From Cirrosporium novae-zelandiae (lineage: Eukaryota), in the NCBI GenBank assembly GCA_026023565.1, contig JAPETS010000001.1, forward strand, positions 868,001 to 932,000: a stretch of DNA of 64,000 nucleotides, read 5' to 3'. The position numbers and the translations under genes were made by a program. Position 1 is the first letter of the stretch; the number at the start of each line of letters is the position of its first letter. Shown piece by piece: positions 62,137-64,000 of the stretch. Below the pieces are notes generated by a model, which was not told where the DNA came from, made no database searches, and saw only the letters and a list, made by a program, of their open reading frames with translations.

Positions 62137-63331
62137 TTATACGGGACTACTTGAAACAAGTTCGTAGCTCTTCTTAGCACTCGACCGTCGGAAAAGGGAA
62201 GGTAGTTGAATAGCGCCCCTTCTCGACTTTCTTCTTGACGAGAAGACAACGAGGCAGCGACCCCATAACCACCAACAGCTCATACCAACAACCCCTGCCA
62301 TCATAAAGCCAAGGACAGTCAATAGCAGCCAGTGATTTCCGGCCTATAAAAAAATTAATCAACCGCTCAAAATATTCAATTGAAAATTTTAAACATACCC
62401 AGAAAATTAGTCTCGCGTCACTCCCATGCCAGCTACTGCCCTGGTGATGAGAGAAGAAGCTCCACGCGTGACGGTTATATTCATCCTGAGATAAAATACG
62501 AACGCGAGAATCTTCGGGCTGATTGGAATCGAGCCAATGTTTCCAGATCACAGAGAGGAATAGAGGTCCAGTTGAGTACATCACTGTAATATATGGAAGA
62601 ATCCAGCTCCTGTCATAAGACTGCAACGAATCAATAACTTGGAGGAAGAATGGGTGTTGAGGAACAGAGCCCATGACATCGTTTGAGATCCCAGAGGGGG
62701 CAGTAAGACGAAGCCATGCTGGATATGATAGCAAAGGATCGAGGCGACGATTGCAGCCCTACACACAAGAGTTGTTAGTTGCAAACCAATTTGAAGGTAT
62801 TTCAGGATAACCAACATCATCTAAGTCAATGTAGACCCCACCAAAATGAGAGAGGACAAAATATCGAATAGCGTCGGCCCTCTGAATGGGATATGGATAG
62901 CCGTCCCATGTCTCTAAAAACCATGGATATTCGGTAGCAATGAATTCGCGGGATTTTTCGTTGGTCCAAAGCTGTTGGAGAAAGCAAATCAGCGACAATC
63001 CACTACCACACAACATTGGTTCCTCTCAATGGCTTTTTTTGGTACCACTAACTTTGTATTCATAGTCCTCGTGCAGATCTAAGCAACTCTGTTGGGGCTC
63101 CTGCCAAATTTCGGGAATCGACTCGTTAATATATGTCTGATGAATGATCTTTGGTATCAATTGAGGGCGGTTCTCGATTAAAGGAGAATTTGGAGCTGGT
63201 AGCTCAGCGCGGCGAATGGCATCCTCATCGGCATCTTCCCAAAGAAGTGTCAAAAGGGTGAAAACGCTTCGTACAAGCAATCCAATAACCATAAGGTTGA
63301 ATACAGTAAAGATGAGAACGCTTCTCCTCAT
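62137..63331 (-). CDS. SUR1: Mannosyl phosphorylinositol ceramide synthase (GT32), 4 exons
   Basis: IPKIIHQT, YPYPIQRADAIRYFVLSHFGGVYIDLD (DxD), GISNDVMG, YSTGPLFLS, GSSWH and a C-terminal TM. Confidence 0.93.
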
Positions 63332-63858
63332 GGTTGCAAAGATTGATTCGGTTTAAGAATTAAATGATAATTAAACCCAGCGGTAGAGAGGAAAGACGGG
63401 AAAAAAGGAAAGGATTTGAGTAGGATAAAATGAAGGAGAGAGAAGGAGGGAGAGGTGCCCTCTGGGGATGCTGAATGAGCTATGGTGCAGCTGGCAGCAT
63501 TGGGTGATGACGGGCTTTTTGGAAGGTTGATGGAAGAGAATATAGCTAGTTACAAGGGGAGATTGATTAATTATGATGTTTAGAAAAAGTGACAGATGGA
63601 AGTGAAGAAGGATAATGAGCGACTAGGGGAGAGCAAAGATAATTGCGCGAGAGGGGAGAGGGGGGTGTGGGCGTTTGGCACGTTGTGAAGTCGAGGCGAG
63701 GCTGCTTCGTAGACGGGAAGGAGGCTGTGAAGGGTAATCATAATCATCCACAGTAACTTCGTACGTTATACTTGTCTGTACTAAGGTGGTAAACCCAACT
63801 AAACCTCCGACCCGAGGGGGCTTAACTGGGTTTTCCTAGCTTTTAGCCCCAGGTCACA

Positions 63859-63920
63859 GATATGGTGGGATACGGTGGGATACGGTGGAATACGGTGGGG
63901 ATACAGCAGAATACGATGGG
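63859..63920 (+). repeat. 10-bp tandem repeat (GATACGGTGG-like, about 5-6 degenerate units)
   Basis: gatatggtgg gatacggtgg gatacggtgg aatacggtgg ggatacagca gaatacgatg. Confidence 0.6.
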
Positions 63921-64000
63921 AGATTGGTGGATTTCACGATCAAGGAGGAAAAAAAAATGACTAATATTGGTGATAGCCTAAGTTTTCGACAAGATGATTG

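Noticed and set aside
1..64000. Numerous short ORFs in the six-frame track; tRNA or rRNA genes
   Set aside because: Most are antisense or alternate-frame shadows of real genes, or low-complexity ORFs with non-ATG starts. No tRNA or rRNA signature was seen by eye.

Overview
Eukaryotic DNA from a filamentous ascomycete (Pezizomycotina-like: short GT-AG introns with CTRAY branch sites, typical proteins). It holds about 19 protein genes: an uncharacterised conserved gene, AOS1, a dimeric alpha-beta-barrel-like protein, a Cys-rich GPI protein with a probable frameshift, BUD31, an Hcm1/Sep1-like forkhead factor, a PH+LRR protein, ESS2/DGCR14, MID1, HOM3, a conserved fungal membrane protein, CSE1, TSC2, MIS6/CENP-I, VPS68, CENP-A/CSE4, DER1, HIS3, an RCF3-like protein and SUR1/CSH1. 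Two decay islands interrupt the housekeeping genes. The first (about 5-9.7 kb) has a decayed unknown gene, a Tc1-like element with a nested mini-element, and a pogo/Fot1 element whose DDE region is replaced by a probable solo LTR. The second (about 26-31.4 kb) has an adenylosuccinate lyase pseudogene, a LaeA-like methyltransferase pseudogene, and a TIR element holding a 12-bp minisatellite with an internal inversion. Two inverted copies of one MITE family bracket HOM3, one carrying a nested hAT-like MITE. I cannot claim a proven new system. The best leads are a putative spliced non-coding transcript with tandem Gcn4/CpcA sites between BUD31 and the forkhead gene, the tight CENP-A/CENP-I linkage, a structured long DER1 intron and the unusual TE architectures. 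All family assignments come from motif recognition by eye, not database searches. Exon boundaries are inferred.
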